From positions 4,928,001-4,992,000 of the forward strand of contig OZ242358.1 in NCBI GenBank assembly GCA_965208835.1: a DNA stretch of 64,000 nucleotides. The letters are read 5' to 3'. Below are positions 28,287 to 38,002 of this stretch, one piece after another; within the stretch, counting starts at the first letter, position 1, and every line of letters starts with the position of its first letter. Origin of the DNA: Candidatus Latescibacterota bacterium. GTDB lineage: Bacteria; Latescibacterota; UBA2968; GCA-2709665. The notes under the pieces are model-generated. The model ran no database searches, was not told the DNA's origin, and saw only the letters and a program-made list of their open reading frames with translations. The position numbers and the translations under genes were made by a program.

Positions 28287-29207
28287 ATGGCGGTTTTGAG
28301 AATCGCGCTGCCGTCGGGCAGCCTCCAGGAGTCCACGCTCGATCTGTTCGCGAACGCCGGCTATCGGATTCGCGCCAATCACAGGTCCTACATCCCGTCC
28401 ATCGACGATCCGGACCTGGAGGGCCTCTTCCTTCGCGCGCAGGAAATCGCCCACTACGTGGAACGGGGCGTGCTCGACGTGGGCCTGACGGGCAAGGACT
28501 GGATCCTGGAAAACGACGCCGACGTCGTCGAGGTCGCGGAACTGCCTTACAGCAAATCCACCGCACAGCCCGCGCGCTGGATCATCGCCGTGCCGGAAGA
28601 ATCCCCGGTGCGCACCGTGGAAGACCTCCAGGGCAGGCGTATCGCGACGGAACTGGTCAACGTCACGCGTAAGTACCTGGAAGCTCGAGGCGTACAGGCG
28701 AAGGTGGAGTTCTCCTGGGGGTCCACGGAGGCCAAGGTCCGGACGGCGGGCGCGAGCACGGGGGGAGATGGCGGCGGGGCCTACGAGCCCGGGCTGGTGG
28801 ACGCCATTGTGGAACTCACGGAAACCGGGTCTTCGATTCGCGCCAACAAACTTCGGGTTGTGGAGGACCTGCTCGAGACCACCCCTCGCTTCATTGCCAA
28901 CAGAAGCGCATGGGACGACCCGTGGAAGCGGGAGAAGGCTCAGAATATCGCCACGCTGCTCGTGGGCGCCTTCCAGGCGGAAGACAAGGTTGGCCTGAAG
29001 ATGAACGTACGCCGGCGGGACCTGGACGCGGTCGTGGGCCTGCTTCCGGCGCTGAACAACCCCACCATTTCCAATCTTCTCGACGGCGACTGGGTCGCCG
29101 TCGAGGTTATCGTGGACGAACGCGTCGTGCGCGACACCGTGCCCCTGCTGAAGAACAAGGGCGCCGAAGGCATTATCGAATATCCATTGAATAAAGTGAT
29201 CTACTGA
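28287..29207 (+). CDS. hisG: ATP phosphoribosyltransferase (long form)
   Basis: LRIALPSGSL, RAQEI..YV..G.LD.G.TGKDW, IATE, ETG.S.RAN.L, C-terminal regulatory domain. Confidence 0.97.
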   Translation: MAVLRIALPSGSLQESTLDLFANAGYRIRANHRSYIPSIDDPDLEGLFLRAQEIAHYVERGVLDVGLTGKDWILENDADVVEVAELPYSKSTAQPARWIIAVPEESPVRTVEDLQGRRIATELVNVTRKYLEARGVQAKVEFSWGSTEAKVRTAGASTGGDGGGAYEPGLVDAIVELTETGSSIRANKLRVVEDLLETTPRFIANRSAWDDPWKREKAQNIATLLVGAFQAEDKVGLKMNVRRRDLDAVVGLLPALNNPTISNLLDGDWVAVEVIVDERVVRDTVPLLKNKGAEGIIEYPLNKVIY

Positions 29208-30502
29208 TGATCGACGTTGTCACCCATGATCCGGAGAATCCACCCCCGAAACTCCGCGCCATTCTTTCGCGGACCACGGATTTCCAGCCGGACCTGCTGG
29301 CCTCCGCGCAGGAAGTCGTTCGTGCCGTGCGGGAACGCGGCGACGACGCGGTTCTGGAATACACCCGGGAATTCGACGGTGTGGACCTTGCGGCGGTTGG
29401 GATGCGCGTACCGGAGACGGACATCCGGGCCGCCTACCGGGAAGCGGACCCGGACCTGATCAGAACCATGAGGGCCGCTGCGGATAACATCCGGCGATTT
29501 CACGACGCACAGAAGCAGACCTCCTGGTTCATCGAAGACGGTGACGGCGTGGTACTCGGCAGGCGGGTGCTCCCGATCGAGCAGGTCGGCATTCTCATTC
29601 CCGGCGCCAGCGCTCCGCTTTTCTCAACGCTGCTGATGGCCGCCATTCCCGCCGGCATCGCCGGCGTGACGCGAATCTGCATGGCCACGCCCCCGCGTCC
29701 GGACGGATCGGTGCATCCGGCCGTACTGGCGGCCGCCCACGTCGTGGGCGTCAATGAAATCTATCGGATTTTCGGCGCCCAGGCTGTTGCCGCCCTGGCC
29801 TACGGCACCGAGTCGATCCCGGGGGTGGACAAGCTTGTGGGCCCCGGCCACCCTTCCGTCCAGATCGCCAAGAAGCTGGTCTTCGGAACCGTGGACATCG
29901 ACATGGTCGCCGGCCCCAGCGAAATCGTCGTGCTGGCCGACGAGAGCGCCAACCCCCGGCACGTCGCCGCAGACCTGTTGTCGCAGGCCGAACACGGGAG
30001 CGGCTTCGAAGCTGTCGTGTGCATTACGCCCAGTTCAAATCTCGCCGGGGAGGTCGCGGACGAAGTCGAACGGCAGGCCGCCCGCCTGGGACGCCGGGAC
30101 GCCGTCCGCAATGCCCTGCGCAACTTCGGCGCGGTTGTGGTGGTAAAGGATCTGGACGAGGGAGTCCGGCTCGCTAACCGGATCGCCCCGGAACACATCG
30201 AACTCCTTGTCCGCGACCCCTGGGACCGCCTGTACGAGGTCAAAAACGCCGGCGCGGTCTTCCTGGGCGCGGCGTCGTCCGAACCCGTCGGCGACTACTT
30301 CGCCGGCGTGAACCACATTCTGCCGACCGCCGGCGCCGCGCGCTTCGCCTCTCCTGTGGGCGTGGATACCTTCCTGAAGAGCTCGAGTGTCGTCTCCTAC
30401 ACGGAGCGCCGGCTGAAGAAAACGGCCGGCGATATCATCGCGCTGGCGGAAGCAGAAGGACTGGACGCGCACGCCAACGCCATCCGTGTCCGGCAGGAAT
30501 AG
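29207..30502 (+). CDS. hisD: Histidinol dehydrogenase
   Basis: GAQAVAALAYGT, DMVAGPSE, DLLSQAEH, APEH.E, GDY.AG.NH.LPT, EGL.AH. Confidence 0.97.
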   Translation: MIDVVTHDPENPPPKLRAILSRTTDFQPDLLASAQEVVRAVRERGDDAVLEYTREFDGVDLAAVGMRVPETDIRAAYREADPDLIRTMRAAADNIRRFHDAQKQTSWFIEDGDGVVLGRRVLPIEQVGILIPGASAPLFSTLLMAAIPAGIAGVTRICMATPPRPDGSVHPAVLAAAHVVGVNEIYRIFGAQAVAALAYGTESIPGVDKLVGPGHPSVQIAKKLVFGTVDIDMVAGPSEIVVLADESANPRHVAADLLSQAEHGSGFEAVVCITPSSNLAGEVADEVERQAARLGRRDAVRNALRNFGAVVVVKDLDEGVRLANRIAPEHIELLVRDPWDRLYEVKNAGAVFLGAASSEPVGDYFAGVNHILPTAGAARFASPVGVDTFLKSSSVVSYTERRLKKTAGDIIALAEAEGLDAHANAIRVRQE

Positions 30503-30591
30503 CGCCGGCAGCCTCAACAGTCGCCCGCTCGCGCGACCGCCGCACTCCGGCGGCATCGCGGGCGCGGCGTTCTCATTTTGGACCGTCTCCG

Positions 30592-31671
30592 ATGTTCGAT
30601 CCACCCCTGAAACGTATCAGGCCGGAAATCCGTTCCGTGGACGGGTACCACCTGACGCACCACGACTGCCCGGTAAAGCTGAATCAGAACGAGAGCCCGT
30701 TCGACATTCCGGACGATCTCAAGAACGAGATCCTGGCAGACGTCCGGGAGCGGCCCTGGTTCCGCTATCCCCAGCCGATGGAGATGGACCTGGTGGAAGC
30801 CCTGGCCGACTTCGCCGGCTGGCGTCCGGACGCGCTGATCGTGTGCAACGGCTCCAACACCCTCGTACAGCTCGTTCTGGCCGTCAGCACCCGTCCAGGC
30901 GCGCCGGTGGTCATCCCCTCGCCCGGTTTCTCGCTGTACGGGCTCTACGCCGGCTTCTTCGGAGGTCGCGTGGTTCCGGTGGACCTCAGGGCGGACTACA
31001 CCTTCGACGTGCCGGGAATCCGGGAAGCCGCCCGGCGGGAATCGGCGAACATGGTCATCCTCGGTTCCCCAAACAACCCCACGGGCTGCGTTGTTTCCAA
31101 CGCCGACCTGGAAGCCCTGCTCGGGGAAACCGACGCGCTGGTGATGGTGGACGAAGCCTACGCGGAATTCAGCGACGAGACGGCCCGCGACCTGATCGGG
31201 GAATATCCCAATCTCATCGTGTTGAAGACCTTTTCGAAAGCCCTCGGCGCAGCGGGCATCCGCATCGGCTACCTGATGGCGCATCCTGAAATCGCGCGGG
31301 AGGTCCTGAAAGCCAAAGTGCCGTTCGACATCAACGTCTTTTCACACTCCGCGGCGCTGCACATTCTGAAACACGATGGCCTCATCCGGGAACGCGTGGG
31401 TGCGATCCGGGAGGAACGCGAGCGGGTGTTCGCCGCCCTTCGGAACATCGACGGCGTCCGCCCCTATCCATCTCATGCCAACTTCATACTCTTCGAAGTC
31501 GGCAACCCGGCCCGGGTCTTCGACGGGCTCATCGAAAGGGGCATCCTCATCCGCAATGTAACTTCCTATCCGCTGCTGGACAACGCCCTGCGTGTGAGCA
31601 TCGGCAAGGCAGAGGAAAATACCCGCTTTCTGGATGCGCTCGCAGAGACACTCAAGGAGTCATGTGTATAA
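30592..31671 (+). CDS. hisC: Histidinol-phosphate aminotransferase
   Basis: KLNQNESP, RYP, SPNNPTG, DEAY.EF, KTFSKA.G.AG.RIGY. Confidence 0.96.
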   Translation: MFDPPLKRIRPEIRSVDGYHLTHHDCPVKLNQNESPFDIPDDLKNEILADVRERPWFRYPQPMEMDLVEALADFAGWRPDALIVCNGSNTLVQLVLAVSTRPGAPVVIPSPGFSLYGLYAGFFGGRVVPVDLRADYTFDVPGIREAARRESANMVILGSPNNPTGCVVSNADLEALLGETDALVMVDEAYAEFSDETARDLIGEYPNLIVLKTFSKALGAAGIRIGYLMAHPEIAREVLKAKVPFDINVFSHSAALHILKHDGLIRERVGAIREERERVFAALRNIDGVRPYPSHANFILFEVGNPARVFDGLIERGILIRNVTSYPLLDNALRVSIGKAEENTRFLDALAETLKESCV

Positions 31672-31765
31672 TTCACATCGTCGATCCTGCCCTGGAAACA
31701 CGCGGACATGCTTCCGCCGGTTCAGTCGGCGGGAGAGAGAAGTCATACGGGAAAGGTAACCCCCC

Positions 31766-32359
31766 ATGCCGGTCCTTCGCACCGCCCGCATACAACGCAA
31801 GACATCGGAAACCGACATTGACCTGACGCTGAACCTGGATGGGTCGGGCGACTGCCGGCTCGAAACCGGCATCGGTTTCTTCGACCATATGCTCAACGCG
31901 TTCGCTCGACACGGAGGCTTCGACCTGGACGTCGCCTGCCGGGGCGACCTGGACGTGGACGCGCACCACACGGTGGAAGACGTGGGCATCTGTCTGGGCA
32001 GGGCATTTTCGGAGGCGCTTGGCGACAAGGCAGGTATCACGCGTTTCGGACACAGTTTTGTGCCGATGGACGAAGCCCTGGCGCGCGCTGCCGTCGACCT
32101 CTCGGGACGGCCGTTCCTGGTCTACAACGCCGACATGCCCGACGAGATGGTCGGCGCGTACCCGACGGCGATGAGCCCGGAGTTCTTCCGGTCGCTCACA
32201 GACCACGGCCGTCTGAACGCGCACATCGACCTGATTCGCGGGACAAACGCGCACCACGCCACCGAGGCGATTTTCAAGGCCGTCGGCCGGGCGCTCAGGC
32301 AGGCCTGCGGGCTTGATCCGGAGGTTGAGGGGATCCCTTCGACGAAGGGCGTGTTGTAG
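31766..32359 (+). CDS. hisB: Imidazoleglycerol-phosphate dehydratase
   Basis: RKT.ET.I, TGIGFFDHML, GDL.VD.HHTVED, PMDE, N.HH..EA.FKA, PSTKG.L. Confidence 0.97.
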   Translation: MPVLRTARIQRKTSETDIDLTLNLDGSGDCRLETGIGFFDHMLNAFARHGGFDLDVACRGDLDVDAHHTVEDVGICLGRAFSEALGDKAGITRFGHSFVPMDEALARAAVDLSGRPFLVYNADMPDEMVGAYPTAMSPEFFRSLTDHGRLNAHIDLIRGTNAHHATEAIFKAVGRALRQACGLDPEVEGIPSTKGVL

Positions 32360-32433
32360 GAAACTGTCTCAAGGCCCGCACCTCCATCCGCATTGGGTTC
32401 CGTATGACTCCCGACGAGTCGCCCGTCTCGCAT

Positions 32434-32591
32434 CTTTCGACAGGCTCAGGGCAATGCTCAGGAATCGGCGCGTTAACCTTGAGCCGCTCCCTGAGCTTGT
32501 CGAAGGGTCGGCGAAGGGTATCCATGGGCCCCGTAGGGATAGCGAAACGCGGGCATTTCGACAAGCTCAATGACCACGTTTCGACGAGCTG
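32434..32591. repeat. Cluster of TTCGACAAGCTCA palindromic repeats
   Basis: ctttcgacaggctcaggg and ccctgagcttgtcgaagg form an inverted pair, with two more half-copies; the motif recurs at ~56609. Confidence 0.75.
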
Positions 32592-32609
32592 GGCTGAATC
32601 GGCGGGAGA

Positions 32610-33164
32610 ATGGCGGGGAAGTTTCTGGGCAGTTCACCTATGAAACCTCGATTCGATTCCGATTCCGGTGGCGGAAAGGTCCTCACACCGGATCAGGTCC
32701 GAGGGGTACGGCGGCGTCTCAAAGAGGCCGGCGCAACGCTGGTTTTCACCAATGGCTGCTTCGACCTGATCCATCCCGGCCACGTGGCGTTTCTTCAGCG
32801 GGCGCGTTCCCTGGGCGACGCGCTCCTCCTGGCGCTCAACAGCGACGACTCCGTGCGGCGCATCAAGGGCAGAGGCAGACCGATTCTGTCGATTGAGGAA
32901 CGGATCGGCGTGCTGTCCGGCCTGGAAGCCGTCGACTATATCTGTGTGTTCGAGGAAGACACGCCTCACGGTATCCTTCGAGACCTGCTGCCCGACATCC
33001 TGGTCAAGGGCGGGGACTATTCGCAGGACCAGATCGTCGCCCGCGAGGTCGTGGAGGACGCCGGCGGCCGCGCCGTAACCATATCCACGGCGTACCAAAC
33101 CTCAACCACCGCCGTCATCAAACGCATCTTAAAAACCAAGACATACAAAAGCGGGAAGACGTAA
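32610..33164 (+). CDS. rfaE2: Heptose-1-phosphate adenylyltransferase (RfaE domain II / HldC-like)
   Basis: FTNGCFD..HPGH, LNSD.SV..IKG.GRP, F.EDTP, LVKGGDY, STT. Start may be ATG 32640; the stop lies inside repeat copy 11. Confidence 0.92.
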   Translation: MAGKFLGSSPMKPRFDSDSGGGKVLTPDQVRGVRRRLKEAGATLVFTNGCFDLIHPGHVAFLQRARSLGDALLLALNSDDSVRRIKGRGRPILSIEERIGVLSGLEAVDYICVFEEDTPHGILRDLLPDILVKGGDYSQDQIVAREVVEDAGGRAVTISTAYQTSTTAVIKRILKTKTYKSGKT

Positions 33165-33279
33165 GCCGGGAGAGGGAAGAGATCGCATGCCGTGAAAGGT
33201 TTCTTCTCATGCCGCAGGCTAGTCGGAGTAACAAATCGGCAAGGGCTTCTTCTCCCGTCTTACCTCTACCGTCTCCCCG
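33150..33279 (+). repeat. Heptamer-arm element copy 11 (core type B)
   Basis: Core gatcgcatgccgtgaaagg...gccGCAggctagtcgg; ends 4 nt before the next ATG. Confidence 0.9.
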
Positions 33280-33283
33280 AATT

Positions 33284-34387
33284 ATGAGAATCCTCCACAC
33301 CATCTACGACGACGTGGACAACCCCTGGTGCGGAGGAGGAGGCGCGGTGAGGGCCATCGAGATCAACCGCCGCCTCGCCGGAAGTCACGAGATCACCCTC
33401 CTGACGGGACACTTTCCCGGCGCCGCCCGGGAGGAAGACCGCGACGGCATCCGCATCCGAAGGCTGGGGACCGGCCGGAACTATCTGCTCAGCCGGCTGA
33501 GCTTCTCGGCGCTGGCTTCCCGTGCGCTGGCGAAATGGCCCTTCGACCTCTGGGTGTACGACTTCTCCGCGTTCTCGCCCGTTTACGCGCTTCCATCCCG
33601 GCAGGCGCGGTCGGTGATGGTTTTTCACCATCCTATAGCCGCACACGCCACGCGGAAATACCCCGGGATCGGCCTGGCGGCCGCCGCCGCCGAAGGCCTG
33701 CACACGCGGCTGCACCGCCGGATCATCGCCGTTTCTCCGAGTACCGCCCGTCACCTGGAGAGACGAGCGCGCCCGAACACGGCCATCGAAACGATATGCA
33801 ACGGCGTGAGTCACCCTGCGCTGGCAGTGTCTCGCGAAGAGGACTATATTCTCTTCTTCGGGCGCCTGGACACCTACAATAAGGGCATCGACGTCCTGCT
33901 CCCGGCATTCGCCGGGCTGAAACCGGCGCACCCGGAGGTCCGCCTGGTTCTGGCGGGACGGGGCACCCAGGCGCGCCGGAACGAACTGATGTCCATCTCC
34001 CGTTCCCTGGGCATATCGGATCGGGTGGAGCTCACCGGTCCGGTCTCGGAAGCGGAAAAGTGGAACCTCTACGCCGGCGCGTTGTTCACCTGTCAGCCCT
34101 CCCGATTCGAGGGGTGGGGCATCGCCGCCATCGAGTCCGGCGCCGCCGGAAAAGCGGTGATCGGCACGGAGATCCCCGGGCTCGTCGACGCCATCCAGCC
34201 CGGCCGCACCGGCCTGCTTGTGCCGGCGGAAGACCCGGAAGCCCTCGCGGGCGCCATGAAGCACCTCCTTGAGAACTCCCGGCTGCGCGCGGACCTCGGC
34301 AGAAACGGGAGGGCGTGGGCCGTCAACTTTTCCTGGGACCGGATTGCCCGGGAACAGGAGCGCGTGTATGAACGGTCGCTGAGGTGA
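33284..34387 (+). CDS. GT4 family glycosyltransferase
   Basis: MRIL...GGG, FGRL...KG.D.L, PSRFEGWG....E, FSWD; start trimmed to MRILH. Confidence 0.92.
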   Translation: MRILHTIYDDVDNPWCGGGGAVRAIEINRRLAGSHEITLLTGHFPGAAREEDRDGIRIRRLGTGRNYLLSRLSFSALASRALAKWPFDLWVYDFSAFSPVYALPSRQARSVMVFHHPIAAHATRKYPGIGLAAAAAEGLHTRLHRRIIAVSPSTARHLERRARPNTAIETICNGVSHPALAVSREEDYILFFGRLDTYNKGIDVLLPAFAGLKPAHPEVRLVLAGRGTQARRNELMSISRSLGISDRVELTGPVSEAEKWNLYAGALFTCQPSRFEGWGIAAIESGAAGKAVIGTEIPGLVDAIQPGRTGLLVPAEDPEALAGAMKHLLENSRLRADLGRNGRAWAVNFSWDRIAREQERVYERSLR

Positions 34388-34436
34388 TGGCGGGCGTTCC
34401 TGTCTGTTCACAAATCATCAAACCGATGCCGCAACC

Positions 34437-34465
34437 GTAGGGGCAGGTTTGAAACCTGCCCCTAC
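34437..34465. repeat. GTAG...CTAC REP palindrome
   Basis: gtaggggcaggttt-g-aaacctgcccctac. Confidence 0.8.
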
Positions 34466-34521
34466 CTCCCAGTGCCACCTTCGCAAACGCTTCCTCTTCG
34501 GCTCGTTGAGCCATTGTGCAT

Positions 34522-35718
34522 ATGACCACCGGATACGCAAATGACATCTGCATTGTGGGCGGGGCCGGCCGGGTGGGTCTGCCGCTGGCGCTGACCTTCG
34601 CCGGCAAGGGCTTTCGCGTCATCGTCTGCGACATCAACGAAGCGGCTCTCGAGTTGATCGGCGACGGACAGATGCCGTTTGCGGAAAAGGACGCCGGGGA
34701 CCTGCTCGCCAGCTCGCTCGAGGAAGGCCGCCTGAGCGTCTCGTCCGACACATCGTCCGTGTCCCACGCTGCCAACGTGATCGTCACCATCGGCACGCCC
34801 GCGGACGAACTCTCGAAGCCGATTCTCTCGACGTTCAAGAGCCTCGCGGACGATATGCTGCCCCATCTTTCCGACGATCAGCTTGTCGTACTCCGGTCCA
34901 CGGTCTCCCCCGGAACGACGGACTGGCTGTACGACTACCTGCGGGCTAACGGCAGAAACACCAGGGTCTCCTTCTGTCCCGAGCGCATCGTTCAGGGCCA
35001 GGCCATCGAGGAGATCCAGCTACTCACCCAGATCGTCAGCGGTACCACGCCGGAAGCCGAGCGGGAAGCGGCCGCCCTCTTCAGGCAGATCTCGCCCGGG
35101 ATCGTTCGCCTCACGCCAATCGAAGCGGAATTCGCAAAACTGTTCAGCAATGCGTACCGGTATATCCAGTTTGCAACCGCGAACCAGTTCTATACGATCG
35201 CAAACGCCGCGGGCGTGGACTACAGCCGGGTGCTCGAAGGCATGAAGAGAGACTATCCGCGCGCCCGGGACATCCCCTCCGCCGGATTCGCGGCGGGCCC
35301 GTGCCTGCTGAAGGATACCATGCAGCTGGCCGCCTTCGCCAGCGACGGATTCACTCTGGGACAGGCGGCCATGAACGTCAACCAGGGCCTGGTGAACTAC
35401 CTGGTCGAGGAGATTCGCAACCGGTACGGCGACCTGCGCCGCCTCCGCATCGGCCTGCTTGGCATGGCCTTCAAGGCCGACAGCGACGACACCCGGTTTT
35501 CGCTGAGCTACAAGATGAAAGACATCCTTGCTTTCCGGGCCAGGGAGGTGTTGACCACGGACCCGTACGTGACCACGGACCCGAACCTGCTGCCCGTCCG
35601 GGAGGTGATGGAACGGAGCGACCTGCTTGTCCTGTGCGTGCCGCACGCCGCGTACCGTCGGCTGGACCTGAAAAACAGACCTGTCGTGGATATCTGGGGG
35701 TTTCTGAATCGTGAGTAA
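34522..35718 (+). CDS. Nucleotide-sugar 6-dehydrogenase (UDP-Glc/GDP-Man/WecC family)
   Basis: GGAGRVGLP, LRSTV.PG.T, PER...G, AEFAKL.SN, AGPCL, G.AFK...DD.R.S. Confidence 0.92.
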   Translation: MTTGYANDICIVGGAGRVGLPLALTFAGKGFRVIVCDINEAALELIGDGQMPFAEKDAGDLLASSLEEGRLSVSSDTSSVSHAANVIVTIGTPADELSKPILSTFKSLADDMLPHLSDDQLVVLRSTVSPGTTDWLYDYLRANGRNTRVSFCPERIVQGQAIEEIQLLTQIVSGTTPEAEREAAALFRQISPGIVRLTPIEAEFAKLFSNAYRYIQFATANQFYTIANAAGVDYSRVLEGMKRDYPRARDIPSAGFAAGPCLLKDTMQLAAFASDGFTLGQAAMNVNQGLVNYLVEEIRNRYGDLRRLRIGLLGMAFKADSDDTRFSLSYKMKDILAFRAREVLTTDPYVTTDPNLLPVREVMERSDLLVLCVPHAAYRRLDLKNRPVVDIWGFLNRE

Positions 35719-36673
35719 GCTCTACCTGGTCACGGGCGGCGCCGGATTCATCGGTTCCTCACTGGTACGGCGCCTGCTTCGCGACGGCCACCGGGTCCGG
35801 GTTTTCGACGATCAGTCCAGGGGGTGCGCCGGCCGCCTGAAGGACATACGGGAACACGTGGAATTCATCGATGCGGATGTCCGGGATGCCGATGCCGTCC
35901 GGAGGGCCGCCCGGGGTGTGGAAAGCCTCTGCCACCTGGCCTCCGTGAACGGCACCGAGTGGTTCTACAGCAAACCTGAACTCGTCCTCGACGTGGGTGT
36001 GAAGGGCATCGTGAACACCATCGACGCCTGCCTGAAGCACGACGTGCCCGAATACGTCCTCGCCTCCAGCTCCGAAGTGTACCAGACCCCGCCGAACATT
36101 CCCACGGACGAAGCCGCTCCCCTTTCCGTTCCGGACCCCCTGAATCCGCGCTATTCTTACGGCGGCAGCAAGATCATCAGCGAACTCATGGCCCTGAACT
36201 ACGGCCGGAGGCACTTTGAGCGCGTCTTCGTCATCCGCCCGCACAACGTGTACGGACCTGACATGGGCCGCGAGCACGTCATTCCTCAACTCATTCTGAG
36301 GGCGGCCGCACTCGCAACCGAACATCCTCGCGGCGCGGTACCGTTTCCGATACAGGGCGACGGCTCGCAGACCCGGGCTTTCGTACACATCGACGACTTT
36401 ACCGACGGGCTTGCCATTGTCCTGGGAAAAGGCGCACACCTCAATATCTATCATATCGGCGACGACGCCGAAGTCCCCGTCCGGCGTCTCGTGGAGCTGA
36501 TTTTCGAACGCATCGGCAGGGATTTCAAGATCATCCCGGGCGCGTTGACAGCGGGCAGCCCCCACAGAAGGCGCCCCAGCATCGACAAACTCAGGGCCCT
36601 CGGATACCGGCCCCGCGTGTCACTTCGCGAGGGTCTGGCGGGCACCGTGGACTGGTACCTCGAAAATCGTTAA
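35711..36673 (+). CDS. NAD-dependent epimerase/dehydratase (extended SDR, UXS-like)
   Basis: TGGAGFIG, ASSSEVY, R.SY..SK, NVYGP, GDGSQTR.F. Confidence 0.92.
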   Translation: MSKLYLVTGGAGFIGSSLVRRLLRDGHRVRVFDDQSRGCAGRLKDIREHVEFIDADVRDADAVRRAARGVESLCHLASVNGTEWFYSKPELVLDVGVKGIVNTIDACLKHDVPEYVLASSSEVYQTPPNIPTDEAAPLSVPDPLNPRYSYGGSKIISELMALNYGRRHFERVFVIRPHNVYGPDMGREHVIPQLILRAAALATEHPRGAVPFPIQGDGSQTRAFVHIDDFTDGLAIVLGKGAHLNIYHIGDDAEVPVRRLVELIFERIGRDFKIIPGALTAGSPHRRRPSIDKLRALGYRPRVSLREGLAGTVDWYLENR

Positions 36674-36705
36674 CGAACCCGCGACAACGAGCAGGAGGCG
36701 CACGC

Positions 36706-37956
36706 GTGCCGCCCGCAACCTCCCGAGACGTCACCCGCTGCCAGATCAGCCAATCCGCGAACCTTCAGTCCGTTCTGTTCCTGGGTTTCGTGCCCCCGGT
36801 GAACGACATGCAACCGGTGGGCGCGCCTCCCGTCGAACGGCCCAGGTACCCCCTGGAGCTTCTCTACTGCCCGGACTCGCACCTGGTGCAAATCGGCTGC
36901 CAGGTGGACCCGGAAATCCTTTTTCCGCCGGGGTATCCCTACACGAGCGGCACCACACGCATTCTCAGGGAGAATTTCGCGGACCTGTTCGAACGGTGCC
37001 GGGACCGGCTGGGCGTCGACGCGTCCTCATTTGTCATCGACATCGGCTCCAACGACGGCACCCTGCTGGCCAACTTCAAGACCGGGGGCTGCAGGGTCCT
37101 GGGCATCGACCCCACGGACAGGGCGAGGCTTGCAAACGAAAGGGACATTCACAGCATCCAGGCCTTTTTTTCTCGGGAGACCGCGCGGAGGGTTGCCGAC
37201 GAATACGGCCTCGCCAGCCTTGTGACCGCAACCAACGTCTTCGCGCACATGCCCGAAATCGATGAGGTCGTAGGCGGGATTCTGGACGTCCTTGACGAAA
37301 CCGGGGTTTTCGTCTCCGAGTCCCACTACCTGCTGGACCTGATCGGGACGCTGCAGTACGACACCGTCTACCACGAGCATCTCAGGTACTATTCCCTGCA
37401 CAGCTTGAAATTCCTCCTGGAAAAACACGGGCTGGAGATCTTCCACGTCGAACGCATCCCCACGCACGGCGGTTCCATCCGCGTCTTTGCCGCCCGCAAG
37501 GGTCGATACCGGGTGGATCCGTCCGTTTCGAATCAGCTGAAAGAAGAACAACGGGCAGGCCTGCTCGACCTCGAAACCTACCGCCGCTTCGCCTCGGACG
37601 TTCTGCAGAGCAAACTCGATCTCCTGGACCTGCTGCGGGACGTCAGGGCCCCCGGCGGGCGGATCTACGGTATCGGCGCTCCCTCCCGCGCCAGCACCCT
37701 CATTGCCTATACCGGACTGGACCACGAAACGATCGACTGCGTCCTTGAAATCAAGGGATCGTACAAAATCGGGAAATACATGCCGGGCACCCGCATCCCC
37801 GTTCTCGAAGAGTCCGTACTGTTCAGCGATCAGCCCGAATACGCGCTGCTCTTCTCCTGGCACATCGCCGGGGAGCTGATGCCCAAACTCACACGCAGGG
37901 GTTTCAGGGGGAAATACATCGTCCCGCTTCCGTCGCCGCGAATCGCGGCGAAATAA
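36706..37956 (+). CDS. NDP-sugar C-methyltransferase family protein
   Basis: YPY.SG, DIGSNDG.LL, NVFAH, YD..YHEH..Y.S, HGGSIR, K.GKYMPG..IP, L.SWH. Confidence 0.9.
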   Translation: MPPATSRDVTRCQISQSANLQSVLFLGFVPPVNDMQPVGAPPVERPRYPLELLYCPDSHLVQIGCQVDPEILFPPGYPYTSGTTRILRENFADLFERCRDRLGVDASSFVIDIGSNDGTLLANFKTGGCRVLGIDPTDRARLANERDIHSIQAFFSRETARRVADEYGLASLVTATNVFAHMPEIDEVVGGILDVLDETGVFVSESHYLLDLIGTLQYDTVYHEHLRYYSLHSLKFLLEKHGLEIFHVERIPTHGGSIRVFAARKGRYRVDPSVSNQLKEEQRAGLLDLETYRRFASDVLQSKLDLLDLLRDVRAPGGRIYGIGAPSRASTLIAYTGLDHETIDCVLEIKGSYKIGKYMPGTRIPVLEESVLFSDQPEYALLFSWHIAGELMPKLTRRGFRGKYIVPLPSPRIAAK

Positions 37957-38002
37957 AACACCGTGCGAAGTTTCTGTCGATTCGAAAGCGTGAACACGGA
38001 CC

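Noticed and set aside
30520-30570. GC-rich hairpin between hisD and hisC as an attenuator
   Set aside because: No His-rich leader peptide or U-tract; single copy.
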